DNA of 44,610 bases from an uncultured cyanobacterium (GCA_963793425.1 CAWCAG010000004.1:1-44610), one strand, 5' to 3'. Positions 25,823 through 36,229 are shown, counted from the stretch's first letter. Made by a program: numbers and translations. The notes: generated by a model from the sequence alone, not told the origin.

Positions 25823-28096
25823 ATGAACGCAACTACCAATTTAGAAAAAATCAATCTCAAACTCAGGGGAATGAGTTGTGCTTCCTGCGCTAGCAGCATT
25901 GAATCAGCAATTAGTAATGTACCTGGGGTAGCTCAATGTAATGTAAACTTCGGTGCAGAACAGGCTGCTATTGAATATAATCCTAAAAGAACCAGTATTG
26001 AAAATATTCAGGAAGCTGTAGAAGAAGCTGGTTACTCGTCTTATTCTCTTCAAGAACAGGAAATGATTACTGGAGAAGACGATGCTGAAAAAGCAGCCCG
26101 AATAGCTGAATCGCAGGATTTACTGCGTAAAGTGATTGTAGGTGGGATAATCAGCCTGATTTTAGTTATTGGTTCTCTGCCAATGATGACAGGGCTAAAT
26201 ATCCCTTTTGTTCCTGCATGGTTGCATAACCCTTGGTTGCAATTAATTCTGACTATCCCCGTACAGTTTTGGTGTGGTTATGGTTTCTATATCCATGCTT
26301 GGAAAGCTTTTAAGCGTCATGCTGCGACTATGGATACTTTAATCGCACTGGGTACGAGTGCAGCTTTCTTTTATTCTGTATTTGCTACTGTCTCTCCTAG
26401 TTTCTTTCTCAACCAGGGCTTAATGCCAGAAGTTTACTACGAAATCGCAGCCGTAGTAGTGACGATGATTTTACTAGGGGAATGGTTTGAGAATCGTGCC
26501 AAGGGACAAACCTCAGAAGCGATTCGGCAATTGATGGGGTTACAGGCTAGGGATGCTAGAGTAATTCGCAACGGGCGAGAAATAGATGTTCCCATCAGCG
26601 AAGTACAAATTGACGACATTATCTTAGTCCGTCCTGGTGAAAAGATTCCCGTAGACGGCGAAATAATTAGTGGTAGTTCCACTATCGATGAAGCAATGGT
26701 AACGGGAGAAAGTATTCCCGTAAAAAAACAGCCAAGGGATGAAGTAATTGGCGCGACAATCAATAAGACAGGTAGTTTTAAATTTCGGGCTACCAGAGTC
26801 GGTGCAGATACGGTATTGGCGCAGATCGTTAAATTAGTTCGAGATGCCCAAGGTTCAAAAGCACCCATTCAAAGACTTGCCGACCAAGTAACGGGTTGGT
26901 TTGTCCCTGCGGTAATTGCGATCGCCATTTCTACTTTTGTTTTGTGGTTTGTAATTATGGGCAATGTTTCTTTGGCAATGATTACCACTGTGGGCGTGCT
27001 AATTATTGCTTGTCCCTGTGCTTTGGGTTTGGCTACTCCTACTTCAGTCATGGTAGGTACGGGTCAAGGTGCGGAAAACGGCATTCTGATTAAGGGTGCA
27101 GAGAGTTTGGAACTCGCGCATAAAATTCAAACCATCGTCCTTGATAAAACTGGCACGATTACCCAAGGAAAACCGACTGTAACTGATTATCAAGCAGTCA
27201 AAAGTATCAGTAATGGCGCAAATCTAAAATTACTCCGTTTGGTGGCAGCAGTAGAACGTAATTCCGAACATCCTCTGGCTGAAGCAGTTGTCAGATACGC
27301 TGAATCTCAAGATGTGGATTTGACTGAATGCCATGACTTTGAAGCCGTAGCGGGTAGTGGGGTACAGGGCGTAGTTTCAGATCGCCTAGTTCAAATTGGT
27401 ACTCAACGCTGGATGTCAGAGTTGGGTATTAAAACCGATACTCTACAGCAGCAAAAAGACACCTGGGAAGCAGAAGCTAAAACCGTCGTGTTAATTGCCG
27501 TAGACGGCGAACTAGAAGGCATTATGGGTATTGCCGATGCAATTAAACCATCTTCCACCGCAGCAGTCAGGGCATTACGCAACCTGGATTTAGAAGTAGT
27601 GATGGTGACGGGAGATAACCAAAAAACCGCAGAAGCGATCGCCCGTCAAGTTGGTATAGTTAGAGTAGAAGCAGAAGTACGCCCCGACCAAAAAGCAGCT
27701 AAGGTAAGAGAACTACAGCAAGAAGGAAAGATTGTAGCAATGGTGGGAGATGGTATTAATGATGCCCCCGCATTAGCACAGGCAGATGTGGGTATTGCCA
27801 TTGGTACGGGAACGGATGTAGCGATCGCAGCTAGCGATATTACTCTGATTTCAGGAGAGTTACAGGGTATTGTGACAGCGATTCAGTTAAGTAAAGCGAC
27901 GATTAGTAATATCCGTCAGAACCTCTTCTTTGCCTTTATTTATAACGTCCTGGGTATTCCCATTGCAGCAGGTATCTTGTTTCCGTTCTTTGGTTGGTTA
28001 CTCAATCCGATTATTGGCGGGATAGCAATGGCATTTAGTTCGGTTTCGGTGATAACTAATGCGCTAAGATTGCGTAATTTTTCTAAAAGCTCTTAG
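25823..28096 (+). CDS. P1B-1 Cu(I)-exporting ATPase (PacS/CopA-like)
   Basis: [39 protein letters not shown]. Confidence 0.95.
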   Translation: MNATTNLEKINLKLRGMSCASCASSIESAISNVPGVAQCNVNFGAEQAAIEYNPKRTSIENIQEAVEEAGYSSYSLQEQEMITGEDDAEKAARIAESQDLLRKVIVGGIISLILVIGSLPMMTGLNIPFVPAWLHNPWLQLILTIPVQFWCGYGFYIHAWKAFKRHAATMDTLIALGTSAAFFYSVFATVSPSFFLNQGLMPEVYYEIAAVVVTMILLGEWFENRAKGQTSEAIRQLMGLQARDARVIRNGREIDVPISEVQIDDIILVRPGEKIPVDGEIISGSSTIDEAMVTGESIPVKKQPRDEVIGATINKTGSFKFRATRVGADTVLAQIVKLVRDAQGSKAPIQRLADQVTGWFVPAVIAIAISTFVLWFVIMGNVSLAMITTVGVLIIACPCALGLATPTSVMVGTGQGAENGILIKGAESLELAHKIQTIVLDKTGTITQGKPTVTDYQAVKSISNGANLKLLRLVAAVERNSEHPLAEAVVRYAESQDVDLTECHDFEAVAGSGVQGVVSDRLVQIGTQRWMSELGIKTDTLQQQKDTWEAEAKTVVLIAVDGELEGIMGIADAIKPSSTAAVRALRNLDLEVVMVTGDNQKTAEAIARQVGIVRVEAEVRPDQKAAKVRELQQEGKIVAMVGDGINDAPALAQADVGIAIGTGTDVAIAASDITLISGELQGIVTAIQLSKATISNIRQNLFFAFIYNVLGIPIAAGILFPFFGWLLNPIIGGIAMAFSSVSVITNALRLRNFSKSS

Positions 28097-28122
28097 CTGT
28101 TAGCTGTCAGCTTTTAGCTTTT
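28088..28122. repeat. Heptamer tandem repeat (STRR-like), 5 copies
   Basis: AGCTCTT AGCTGTT AGCTGTC AGCTTTT AGCTTTT across the ATPase stop codon. Confidence 0.7.
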
Positions 28123-28161
28123 AGATTCTGAACTTCGGTAATTAAAGGAATGAATAAATAG

Positions 28162-28680
28162 ATGATTAATAAAACTAAGATTTTGAATAGTTTGGCAGGG
28201 TTGTGGTTTTTCTTAGCTTTAACTCCCAATATTGGGTTAGCAGAAATGCCCGCTTCGGCGGAGAAACAAACTAGCCAATTTCAGAAGATCGAACAGCCAA
28301 TCAGCTTAAAGCTTGCTGTCGCTTTGGGAGGTTTAGGTTTAATCGGTGCAGAATTGTGGTGGTTTATGTTTAGTAAAACTAAATCCCAAAAAGCGTTGGT
28401 AAAAGAAGGAATGCAAGAGGTAGATATTGTTGTCGATGGAGGTTATATCCCCGACAGAATTGAAGTGGCTGCTGGCGAACCTGTTAAATTGAATTTTTAT
28501 CGTCAGGATACTAGTAGCTGTTTAGAACAGGTGCTACTACCAGACTTTAATAAGGCATTAGATTTAAGTCTCAACCAAACTACATCTATTGAAATCATTC
28601 CAGAAAAATCAGGAGAGTATACCTTTACCTGCGGTATGAATATGTACAGAGGTGTAATCAAAGCGGAAGCTAATAATTGA
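28162..28680 (+). CDS. Membrane-anchored cupredoxin-domain protein (CupA-like)
   Basis: Signal peptide and TM helix; VDGGYIPDRI, SSCLEQV, FTCGMNMYRG. Confidence 0.88.
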   Translation: MINKTKILNSLAGLWFFLALTPNIGLAEMPASAEKQTSQFQKIEQPISLKLAVALGGLGLIGAELWWFMFSKTKSQKALVKEGMQEVDIVVDGGYIPDRIEVAAGEPVKLNFYRQDTSSCLEQVLLPDFNKALDLSLNQTTSIEIIPEKSGEYTFTCGMNMYRGVIKAEANN

Positions 28681-28727
28681 CTGTAACTTTGATTTGCAAG
28701 ATTTAAAAAACTATCGGGGGTAGTCCA

Positions 28728-29651
28728 ATGCACGAAGATACACTGGGACAATGGCAACATTCCCATGATTTTTCAGTAAATCGAGACCGCGCTGAACACA
28801 ATACCACAACGGTAATGTGGCTTACAGCTATTACTATGGTAGTAGAAATTATAGCAGGAAGTTTCTTCGGTTCGATGGCTTTGCTAGCTGATGGTTGGCA
28901 CATGGCAACCCATGTTGCAGCCTTTGGTATTACCGTGTTTGCCTATCGTTATGCCCGCCGTCATGCTAACAACTCCCAATATACTTTTGGTACGGGAAAA
29001 GTTACCATTCTTGGTGGTTACACCAGTGCTATTGCTCTAGCGGTAACGGCTCTAACTATTGCTATCGAGTCCGTAACTCGCTTTTTTGAACCTATAGCTA
29101 TTCAGTTTAATGAAGCGATCGCTGTAGCTATTTTAGGTCTAATTGTAAATCTGGCAAGTGCTTGGTTGCTACAAGATCCTCATCAGCATGACCACCATCA
29201 CCATCACCATCACGATTCCAATCTTCAAGCTGCTTACATTCACGTTCTTACTGATGCCTTAACTTCAATTTTGGCAATTATTGCTTTATTCGCTGGCAAG
29301 TATTTCGGTTGGATTTGGTTGGATGCAGTTATGGGATTAGTCGGTGCGTTCGTTATATCTAAATGGGCTTACGATCTAGTTCGAGATACGGGTAAAATTT
29401 TGCTCGATGGTGCAATTGATAAGCAAATTAAGTTAGATATTATTACTGCTATTGAAGCCGATGCTGATAATCGGATTGCCGATCTGCACGTTTGGTATGT
29501 TGGGGAAAATCGTTTGGCTGCTACTATTTCCCTAGTTACCCATTATCCGCGATCGCCCGAACATTATAAAAGCTTGCTCGGTGGAATATCTTCCCTTACT
29601 CATGTTCTAGTAGAAGTTAATCAATGTCGAGGCGAACCTTGTATTAAGTAA
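28728..29651 (+). CDS. dmeF: CDF family Co/Ni efflux transporter, DmeF-like
   Basis: WQHSHDF, ALLADGWHMATH, FGTGKV, poly-His loop, NLQAAYIHVLTDALTS, IADLHVW. Confidence 0.88.
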   Translation: MHEDTLGQWQHSHDFSVNRDRAEHNTTTVMWLTAITMVVEIIAGSFFGSMALLADGWHMATHVAAFGITVFAYRYARRHANNSQYTFGTGKVTILGGYTSAIALAVTALTIAIESVTRFFEPIAIQFNEAIAVAILGLIVNLASAWLLQDPHQHDHHHHHHHDSNLQAAYIHVLTDALTSILAIIALFAGKYFGWIWLDAVMGLVGAFVISKWAYDLVRDTGKILLDGAIDKQIKLDIITAIEADADNRIADLHVWYVGENRLAATISLVTHYPRSPEHYKSLLGGISSLTHVLVEVNQCRGEPCIK

Positions 29652-29855
29652 AATTAGACTATTTTCATCTTGGAAAATCTTCATTTGAACACCTCAATAG
29701 CAGAGAATTTTCTCCTGATTGTGTAAGGGTTTGAGCATTTGCTTGCAATTTATGAGCTACTTTTTGAAATTCAAACTCTTGCGATCGCGGGATTTGTTTA
29801 GTTATTCAGGGACGACTATGTAGGGTAAAACCAACTACCAAAAGCGAGTTTCCTC

Positions 29856-29887
29856 TTGACTTTAGAGCCAACTCTAAGGTTTAAGCT
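29856..29887 (+). promoter_or_regulatory. MerR-family promoter/operator 4 (variant dyad)
   Basis: TTGACT-N20-TAAGCT with dyad ACTTTAGAG-CCAA-CTCTAAGGT. Confidence 0.8.
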
Positions 29888-30071
29888 AACAGGACTTACG
29901 CAGTAGGAAAAAAGAATAATAGCTGAAAGCGTTGCCAGAGCAAGAAAAATTAGGAACGGAGAGATTCTACAGATGTATCTGGTAAAGAAGAAAAGCACTG
30001 TGAAGGGTAAAGTAAGACAAAAAAAGGAATCGAGTGTAATAGAGTGAAACACTAATGAGGAGAAAAAAGAA

Positions 30072-30341
30072 ATGACAAAACGTTTAGTAGAAGTGTTTAT
30101 AGCTGGCTGTCCTTTATGCGATGAAACCGTCAAGCTGGTGCGAGAATTAGCCTGTTCCAATTGCGAGGTCAGAATTTACGATCTGCACCAAGAGAGTGCA
30201 GCAGAAAAAGAAAAAAGGACACAATATGGAATTTATCGCGTTCCTGTGGTAGTAGTAAATGGCAAGCTAGCAGAGTGCTGTGCTTCTCAAAAACCTGTAT
30301 CTCGCGAGATGCTTGTATCTGCTGGTATTGGGCAGGGATAG
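30072..30341 (+). CDS. Small thioredoxin/glutaredoxin-fold protein with extra Cys pairs
   Basis: VEVFIAGCPLC, ACSNC, YGIYRVPVVVVNG (cis-Pro loop), AECC; SD GAGGAG. Confidence 0.85.
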   Translation: MTKRLVEVFIAGCPLCDETVKLVRELACSNCEVRIYDLHQESAAEKEKRTQYGIYRVPVVVVNGKLAECCASQKPVSREMLVSAGIGQG

Positions 30342-30345
30342 AACT

Positions 30346-30789
30346 ATGGTGATGGGTAAAGAAGGCTGGTTGATTGGCGAGTTAAGCGATCGCGTGGGCG
30401 TATCGGCTCATACAATCCGCTATTACGAACGCATGGGATTACTCGAACCCCCAAGGCGCACCGAATCACAATATCGCATCTATGGAAAAGAAAATGAAGA
30501 ACGCTTGCGCTTCATTCAAAAAGCCAAAAGATTCGGGCTGTCTTTGGATGAAATCAAACAACTAATTACTATTAGAACTGAAGGAACACCTCCTTGTGCC
30601 AGCCTCAAAACAATGGTCAAGCAGCACCTTAACGATCTAGACCGCAAAATTGAGGAAATGGTGTCTTTACGTCGAGAATTAGCCAGTCGTTACGAAGAGA
30701 TTGATAAATCATTACCCGATGCCTCTACTCCTCCGACTGAAGAAATTTGTCGGGGTAAAATCTGTGGACTAATCGAATCTATTGAGTGA
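30346..30789 (+). CDS. MerR-family heavy-metal-responsive regulator
   Basis: IGELSDRVGVSAHTIRYYERMGLL, YRIY, GLSLDEIKQL; Cys at the start of the dimer helix (PPCASL) and C-terminal CRGKIC. ATG 30346 preferred. Confidence 0.93.
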   Translation: MVMGKEGWLIGELSDRVGVSAHTIRYYERMGLLEPPRRTESQYRIYGKENEERLRFIQKAKRFGLSLDEIKQLITIRTEGTPPCASLKTMVKQHLNDLDRKIEEMVSLRRELASRYEEIDKSLPDASTPPTEEICRGKICGLIESIE

Positions 30790-30804
30790 TTCAGCTAGAA
30801 AAAA

Positions 30805-31017
30805 ATGAAACCTAAAACTGCTCTCATTGCTAGCATAAGTGGCACGATTCTCGTCGCTCTTTGTTGCTTTACTCCTATCCTAGTTATTCTTTTAGGAGCG
30901 ATTGGTTTGAGTGCGCTGGTGGGTTATCTTGACTACATTTTATTGCCAGCCCTGTTTATCATGCTTGCCTTAACTATCCTTTCCTACCGTCGTTATCGTC
31001 GTTCTTGTAAGCGTTAG
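30805..31017 (+). CDS. merF: MerF-type two-TM mercury transporter
   Basis: GTILVALCCFTPILVILLGAIGLSALVGYLDYILLPAL closely matches MerF. Only one C-terminal Cys instead of the CC pair. Confidence 0.88.
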   Translation: MKPKTALIASISGTILVALCCFTPILVILLGAIGLSALVGYLDYILLPALFIMLALTILSYRRYRRSCKR

Positions 31018-31049
31018 GAATAATTCACATTTTAAAAACTCTTTTAACA

Positions 31050-31520
31050 ATGACTGAAACTTGTTGTTGCACTCTCCAGCAAACTTCCTGGGATAAAACT
31101 TGTCCTAGAGATGGAACAAAAGGAAAGAGGGTTCAAACCATCACCTTAAAAAGTTTGCTCATATCTTCAGCCTTAGAAACCCTTAATTCTGATACAAATT
31201 ATTATTTTTGTACTGCAACAGATTGTCCAGTAGTTTATTTTAATGAAGAGGGTCAGATATTTAGTACCAAACAGGTAAAAGAACTAGTATTTCAGAAAGA
31301 TAAGGGTTTAGATGTTCCTGTATGTTACTGTTTTGGTTGGAGTCGCGATCGCATTCAACGAGAAATTATTCAAACGAGTAAAAGCAGTGCTGAAGCTAAT
31401 ATTCGCAGTCACATTAAGGCTGGACGCTGCGGTTGTGAAGTAAATCACCCTCAAGGAAGCTGCTGTTTGACTAATATTCGTGCTATTGTGCGACAATCAT
31501 CTAAAAATATCCCAACATAA
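31050..31520 (+). CDS. Cys-rich Zn/[2Fe-2S] protein similar to the Archaeoglobus CopZ N-terminal (BFD-like) domain
   Basis: CCC, CPRD, YYFCTATDCPVVYF, VCYCFG, CGCEVNHPQGSCCL. Confidence 0.8.
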   Translation: MTETCCCTLQQTSWDKTCPRDGTKGKRVQTITLKSLLISSALETLNSDTNYYFCTATDCPVVYFNEEGQIFSTKQVKELVFQKDKGLDVPVCYCFGWSRDRIQREIIQTSKSSAEANIRSHIKAGRCGCEVNHPQGSCCLTNIRAIVRQSSKNIPT

Positions 31521-31574
31521 AGAATTATCTTTTTTTATTTGGAGAGTCAATTAGTAGACCACTTGTTTCAAGCT

Positions 31575-33548
31575 TCAGCTAATTTTCAAAATCCTAGTAG
31601 CATTAAAAATCGCCAACAGTGCCACCCCTACATCGGCAAATACCGCCTCCCACAGAGTCGCTATACCTATTGCCCCTAATAAAATAAATAGAGCTTTAAC
31701 TGCCATTGCCAAGATAATATTCTGCCAGACAATCGAGTGAGTTTTACGACCAATACTTATTGCTTCTGCTACTTTTGAGGGGGCATCATCCATTAGCACC
31801 ACATCGGCAGTTTCAATGGCTGCATCCGAACCCAAAGCACCCATTGCCATGCCTACATCTGCTCTAGCAATTACGGGTGCATCGTTAATCCCATCTCCCA
31901 CAAATGCAACCTTGCTCTTTTTACCCGACTTGCGAAGATACTGCTCGATCACGTTTACCTTATCTTCTGGGAGTAATTCGGCTTTGTAGGTATCTAAACC
32001 AAGATTATTGGCAACACTTTGAGCCACAATTCGGTTATCTCCTGTCAGCATTACGGTTTCTGTAACACCCGCTTTTTTTAGTTTGGTGATCGCTCTTGCT
32101 GCGTCTTCTTTAATCTTGTCAGAAATTAAGACATAGCCAGCATATTTACCATCTACTGCCAAATGAACTACCGTCCCTTCAATATTGCAGGTATCGTGGT
32201 CGATATTAGCTTTATGTAACAGGCGATCATTTCCCGCAAAAACTTCCAGACCTCTGACTTTTGCTCTTATACCGTGTCCTGGTATCTCCTCGTAATCAGT
32301 AACATCAGAATTGGTAAGAGTATCGTCAGATGCAGCAACTCCATTGTCGTAAGCTTCTACAATCGAACGCGCTACGGGATGATTCGATTGAGATTCGGTG
32401 ATCGCAGCCACGGTCAAGACTTCTTTTTCGCTATAGCCATTGTAGGGAGCTATTTGAGTAACTTGAAATACCCCTTCTGTTAACGTTCCCGTTTTATCAA
32501 AAACAACCGTTTTGACATCGGTTAAGGCATCTAAGAAGGTCGAACCTTTAACCAAAATCCCTCTTTTGGCTGCACCACCAACACCTCCAAAGTAACCGAG
32601 AGGAATACTGATGACTAATCCGCAGGGACAAGATATTACCAATAAGACTAACGCTCGATAAACCCATAGTTCGCTAGATGCACCAGGAATCAATAAAGGC
32701 GGTAATATAGCAACTGCTAGAGAAAGAAAAACTACAACGGGAGTATAGTAACGAGCAAAGCGGGTAATAAATTTTTCTGTCGGGGCTTTTTTGCTGCTAG
32801 CGTTTTCTACTAAATCTAAAATCTTAGCGATGGAAGATTCAGCAAATAGTTTGGTAACTCGAACAGTCAGACTACCTGTTTTGTTAATTACTCCAGCTAA
32901 AATCGTTTCTCCTTCTCTAACCGTGCGAGGTACAGATTCACCCGTAAGTGCTGAAGTATCTACCTGGGAATTACCCGATAATATCTCCCCGTCTAAAGGA
33001 ACTTTCTCCCCTGGCTTAATTACAATCGTATCTCCCACTTCAACTTTTTCAGGGTTAACTTTTCTAACTTCTCCATCAACAACTAAATTTGCTGTATCGG
33101 GGCGCACTTCTAACAATGCCTTAATCGAACGACGTGATCGCCCGACGGCAAAACCTTGAAACAATTCTCCTACCTGGAAAAACAGCATTACAGCTACTGC
33201 TTCGGGTAATTCGTGAATGGTGATCGCTCCTATAGTAGCAATGGTCATCAAGAAGTTTTCATCAAAGATTTTACCGCGCAGAATATTACGTCCCGCACTA
33301 GTTAAAACACTCCACCCACTTATGAAATAGGCAGGAATAAAAACTGCATACTCGGCGATCGCCCTTGGAGTATCATGCAAAGGCTGGTAGAAAATTAACC
33401 CAATAGCAAATAAAACTAGGGCGATACTTAAAGGAACAAGTTCTCGACGTAAATCGAACTCGCCATGTTCTTGGTCATGACCATGACGATCTTTAGGATT
33501 ATGGTTTTCATTGGTAGTACAACCGCAAGATGAATGTTGATTTGACAT
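31575..33548 (-). CDS. ziaA: P1B-2 Zn/Cd/Pb-exporting ATPase (ZiaA/CadA-like)
   Basis: CGC and His-rich N-terminus, FDENFLM, TGES, ISCPCGL, DKTGT, VKALF, FADVGV. Confidence 0.92.
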   Translation of the reverse strand: MSNQHSSCGCTTNENHNPKDRHGHDQEHGEFDLRRELVPLSIALVLFAIGLIFYQPLHDTPRAIAEYAVFIPAYFISGWSVLTSAGRNILRGKIFDENFLMTIATIGAITIHELPEAVAVMLFFQVGELFQGFAVGRSRRSIKALLEVRPDTANLVVDGEVRKVNPEKVEVGDTIVIKPGEKVPLDGEILSGNSQVDTSALTGESVPRTVREGETILAGVINKTGSLTVRVTKLFAESSIAKILDLVENASSKKAPTEKFITRFARYYTPVVVFLSLAVAILPPLLIPGASSELWVYRALVLLVISCPCGLVISIPLGYFGGVGGAAKRGILVKGSTFLDALTDVKTVVFDKTGTLTEGVFQVTQIAPYNGYSEKEVLTVAAITESQSNHPVARSIVEAYDNGVAASDDTLTNSDVTDYEEIPGHGIRAKVRGLEVFAGNDRLLHKANIDHDTCNIEGTVVHLAVDGKYAGYVLISDKIKEDAARAITKLKKAGVTETVMLTGDNRIVAQSVANNLGLDTYKAELLPEDKVNVIEQYLRKSGKKSKVAFVGDGINDAPVIARADVGMAMGALGSDAAIETADVVLMDDAPSKVAEAISIGRKTHSIVWQNIILAMAVKALFILLGAIGIATLWEAVFADVGVALLAIFNATRILKIS

Positions 33549-33568
33549 TTAAACAATTTTATAACTGA

Positions 33569-33594
33569 ATACTTGAACACTTATTCATATAATA
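33569..33594 (-). promoter_or_regulatory. SmtB/ZiaR-type operator next to the ATPase promoter
   Basis: TGAA-CACTTA-TTCA (33574-33587), one mismatch from the smt core TGAACAGTTATTCA; TATTAT -10 candidate at 33589-33594 and TTGCTA at 33611-33616 on the minus strand. Confidence 0.75.
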
Positions 33595-33628
33595 TCTAAA
33601 AAAAATAATTTAGCAATGAAAGAAAGAA

Positions 33629-34024
33629 TCAAACTTCGTCTAAATGCTCAGCTACTTCCCGATATAGATTGGCAATATGCGCGTCTGCCAAGCTGTAATA
33701 AACGTTACGCCCTTCGCGACGATGTTTCACTAAGCGGAGGTTTCGGAGCAAACGTAACTGATGAGATACCGCCGATTCACTCATCTTAACTACTGCTGCT
33801 AAGTCGCAAACACAAAGTTCGGCTTTTGCCAAAGAAGAAAGAAGTTTAAGCCGATGGGGGTCTGCCATTACCCCGAAAAACTGAGCCATTTGTTGTGCTT
33901 TCTCTGTGGTGACGATCTCGGATTGCACCTGGCGTACTTGCTCTAAATGAACTAAGGGTGAATCACAAGTTGGTGCGCCTAATTCTGGAGAGGCTTCTTT
34001 TTTTGATGTACTAGCTTTGCTCAT
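33629..34024 (-). CDS. ziaR: ArsR/SmtB metal-sensing repressor (ZiaR-like)
   Basis: N-terminal CDSPLVH, ELCVCDLA, SAVSHQLRLLR, alpha5 site DAH-x10-HLDE. Confidence 0.88.
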   Translation of the reverse strand: MSKASTSKKEASPELGAPTCDSPLVHLEQVRQVQSEIVTTEKAQQMAQFFGVMADPHRLKLLSSLAKAELCVCDLAAVVKMSESAVSHQLRLLRNLRLVKHRREGRNVYYSLADAHIANLYREVAEHLDEV

Positions 34025-34143
34025 TTTTCACACTCCAACTTCTGCAATTATTAAGTAAAGTTACTCAAATTATAGTAGGCTATTTTTTTTTGCGTTGCTG
34101 AGCTAGTAATGATAAGTATTGAATAATGAAGGAATGAAATTTC

Positions 34144-35532
34144 CTATGTGTTGCCTTTTGCTTGACTAACGCATAGTTGTAAAGGCAAGCGAACGCTAAA
34201 AGTACTACCTTTACCTAATTGACTTTGTATCCGTATTTTTCCTCCATGTGCTTGAGCGATTACTTGTGTGATCGCCAATCCTAAACCTGAACCACCACTA
34301 TAACGAGAGCGAGATTCATTGACGCGATAAAAGCGGTCAAAAATTAGTTTTTGCTCTTGAGGTGAAATGCCAATGCCTGTATCAATTACTTCTATCATTG
34401 CATCACCGTTATTTTTTTTCAAAATAAGATTTATATTGCCACCAGCAGGAGTGTATTGAATCGCATTGGCAATTAAATTGGAAAATAAGCGTAGTAATTG
34501 GTCTTCATCTCCAATTACGAATAAGGATTGGTGAGACAAAACTGAGGATGTTAATTGTAAAGAAGACGCATTTGCTAAAGCTGAAAATTCCTCGATTAAA
34601 TCTTCAATCAAAGTATTAAGACAGCAAGGTTGTTTCTTTGTTGTCAGAGTTTTTTGTTCGAGTCGGGAAAGTAGCAGTAAATCTTGTACTAATTCAGCCA
34701 AGCGAAAAATTTGACGCTTCACCGATTCTAGAGCATCTCGTGCTTGTTGTTCGGAGATATGAGAATTATCAAGTACAGTTTCTACTTTGGCATTAACTGC
34801 TGCAAGAGGAGTTCGCAATTCATGGGAGACATTGGAGGTAAACTGCTGCATTTGCTTGTAAGAGTAATTAATAGGACGCATTGCTAAACCAGCCAACCAC
34901 CAACTCGAACCACCAACTAATAGGATTGTAGTTGGCACTCCAAATGCTAACATCAATTTAAAAGCCGCCAAACGATTATCCAATTCTTTGAGACTGCGAC
35001 CTACTTGTATATAGCCCCAAAGTTGGTTATTTTGGGTATGTAGTGGCAAAGACTTTTGACTGTAACGAATTCCTCTGGTGTCTTCGAGTGTCTGCCATCC
35101 TTGTGTTTGGATGCTCTGGGGCAATTCTTTAGCACTAACACCAGCTACAGCAATCAAATTTTTAGAAGTATCAATAAAACGGACGTAATATATTTTATCT
35201 TGGTAAAAGGTGCTAAAAATGCCGTGTTGAGAATGAACTAGTTGAATATGGGTAGGAATTTTATTAGTTGAACAATCGGAGTCAGGTAAGCACAGATTTG
35301 GTAAAACCACCAGAAAAACAGGCTCTAAGCGTTCAGGTTGCTTTAATTTCGGTTCGATAACGTTGTGTAAAGTACCCGTGACAGCTTCTAATTCCCTATC
35401 AATGGAAAGCAGGTAAGAACGAATCATTACCTGGTAGACAGCAACACCGCAAAGGCTCAAAAATAAACCCATAACAGCACCATACCAAGTTGCTAATCGC
35501 CACCGAGTTTTATTAAATAGTCTAATCTGCAT
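34144..35532 (-). CDS. Sensor histidine kinase, second CopS/NrsS(RppB)-like paralogue
   Basis: Two TM helices; FTSNVSHELRTPL; LIANAIQYT; DTGIGI; GGSGLGL. Confidence 0.93.
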   Translation of the reverse strand: MQIRLFNKTRWRLATWYGAVMGLFLSLCGVAVYQVMIRSYLLSIDRELEAVTGTLHNVIEPKLKQPERLEPVFLVVLPNLCLPDSDCSTNKIPTHIQLVHSQHGIFSTFYQDKIYYVRFIDTSKNLIAVAGVSAKELPQSIQTQGWQTLEDTRGIRYSQKSLPLHTQNNQLWGYIQVGRSLKELDNRLAAFKLMLAFGVPTTILLVGGSSWWLAGLAMRPINYSYKQMQQFTSNVSHELRTPLAAVNAKVETVLDNSHISEQQARDALESVKRQIFRLAELVQDLLLLSRLEQKTLTTKKQPCCLNTLIEDLIEEFSALANASSLQLTSSVLSHQSLFVIGDEDQLLRLFSNLIANAIQYTPAGGNINLILKKNNGDAMIEVIDTGIGISPQEQKLIFDRFYRVNESRSRYSGGSGLGLAITQVIAQAHGGKIRIQSQLGKGSTFSVRLPLQLCVSQAKGNT

Positions 35533-36223
35533 TGGCTCGATTAAAGCGATAACCCATATGGGGAACAGTTTCGATAAAACTATCCCAACCGTATTTTGAC
35601 AACTTGCGTCTTAAAAGTCGCATTTGAGCGGCTACCACATTACTCACTCGCTCAGTGTCAAATGTATACAAATAATTTAAAATTTGGTCGCGGGTAACAA
35701 TCATATCAGCATGTTTCATCAGGTATTCTAATAAGTGAAACTCTTTTTTTGTTAGAGTGATTACCTTTGTCTCACCATCGGGACACTGACAAGTAACTGC
35801 GAAATTACCATAGTCTAAAGTTAGATTACCTACTTCCAAATATTGCGATTGAAATTGGGGTACGCGCCTTTGTAAAGCCCGTAACCTTGCCAGTAATTCC
35901 TCCATTCCAAACGGTTTTACCAAATAATCATCCGCACCTGCATCCAAGCCCGTAACCTTATCTTCCATACTATCCCTAGCTGTCAACATCAGTATAGGTA
36001 AGGGGTTGTTTCGCCGTCGCAATTTTCTGCATAATTCTAAACCTGACAATTCTGGCAGTAACCAGTCAAAGATTGCTAATGTGTATTCATTCCAATTCTG
36101 TTGCAAACAACTCCAAGCTTCATCCCCATCTAAAAGCCAGTCAACAATATATCTTTCTTTGCTCAATTTCTGCTGAATTGATGCACCCAAATCTGGTTCG
36201 TCTTCTACCAGTAAAATTTTCAT
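35522..36223 (-). CDS. OmpR-family response regulator, second CopR/NrsR(RppA)-like paralogue
   Basis: LLVEDE, IFDWLLP, GADDYLVKPF, SNVVAAQMRLLRRKL; overlaps the kinase start. Confidence 0.95.
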   Translation of the reverse strand: MKILLVEDEPDLGASIQQKLSKERYIVDWLLDGDEAWSCLQQNWNEYTLAIFDWLLPELSGLELCRKLRRRNNPLPILMLTARDSMEDKVTGLDAGADDYLVKPFGMEELLARLRALQRRVPQFQSQYLEVGNLTLDYGNFAVTCQCPDGETKVITLTKKEFHLLEYLMKHADMIVTRDQILNYLYTFDTERVSNVVAAQMRLLRRKLSKYGWDSFIETVPHMGYRFNRANAD

Positions 36224-36229
36224 ATATAA

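Noticed and set aside
29186..29213. CAC/CAT trinucleotide run
   Set aside because: Ordinary poly-His loop of a CDF transporter.
29816..30352. ORFs 29816..30160 (-), 30161..30352 (+) and the 30280 start for MerR
   Set aside because: They overlap the better-supported Trx-fold gene and promoter; the MerR domain begins at 30346.
34126..34140. ATGAAGGAATGAAA as a sixth CopR-type box upstream of ziaR
   Set aside because: Spacing is 2 bp rather than 5 and one half-site is mismatched.
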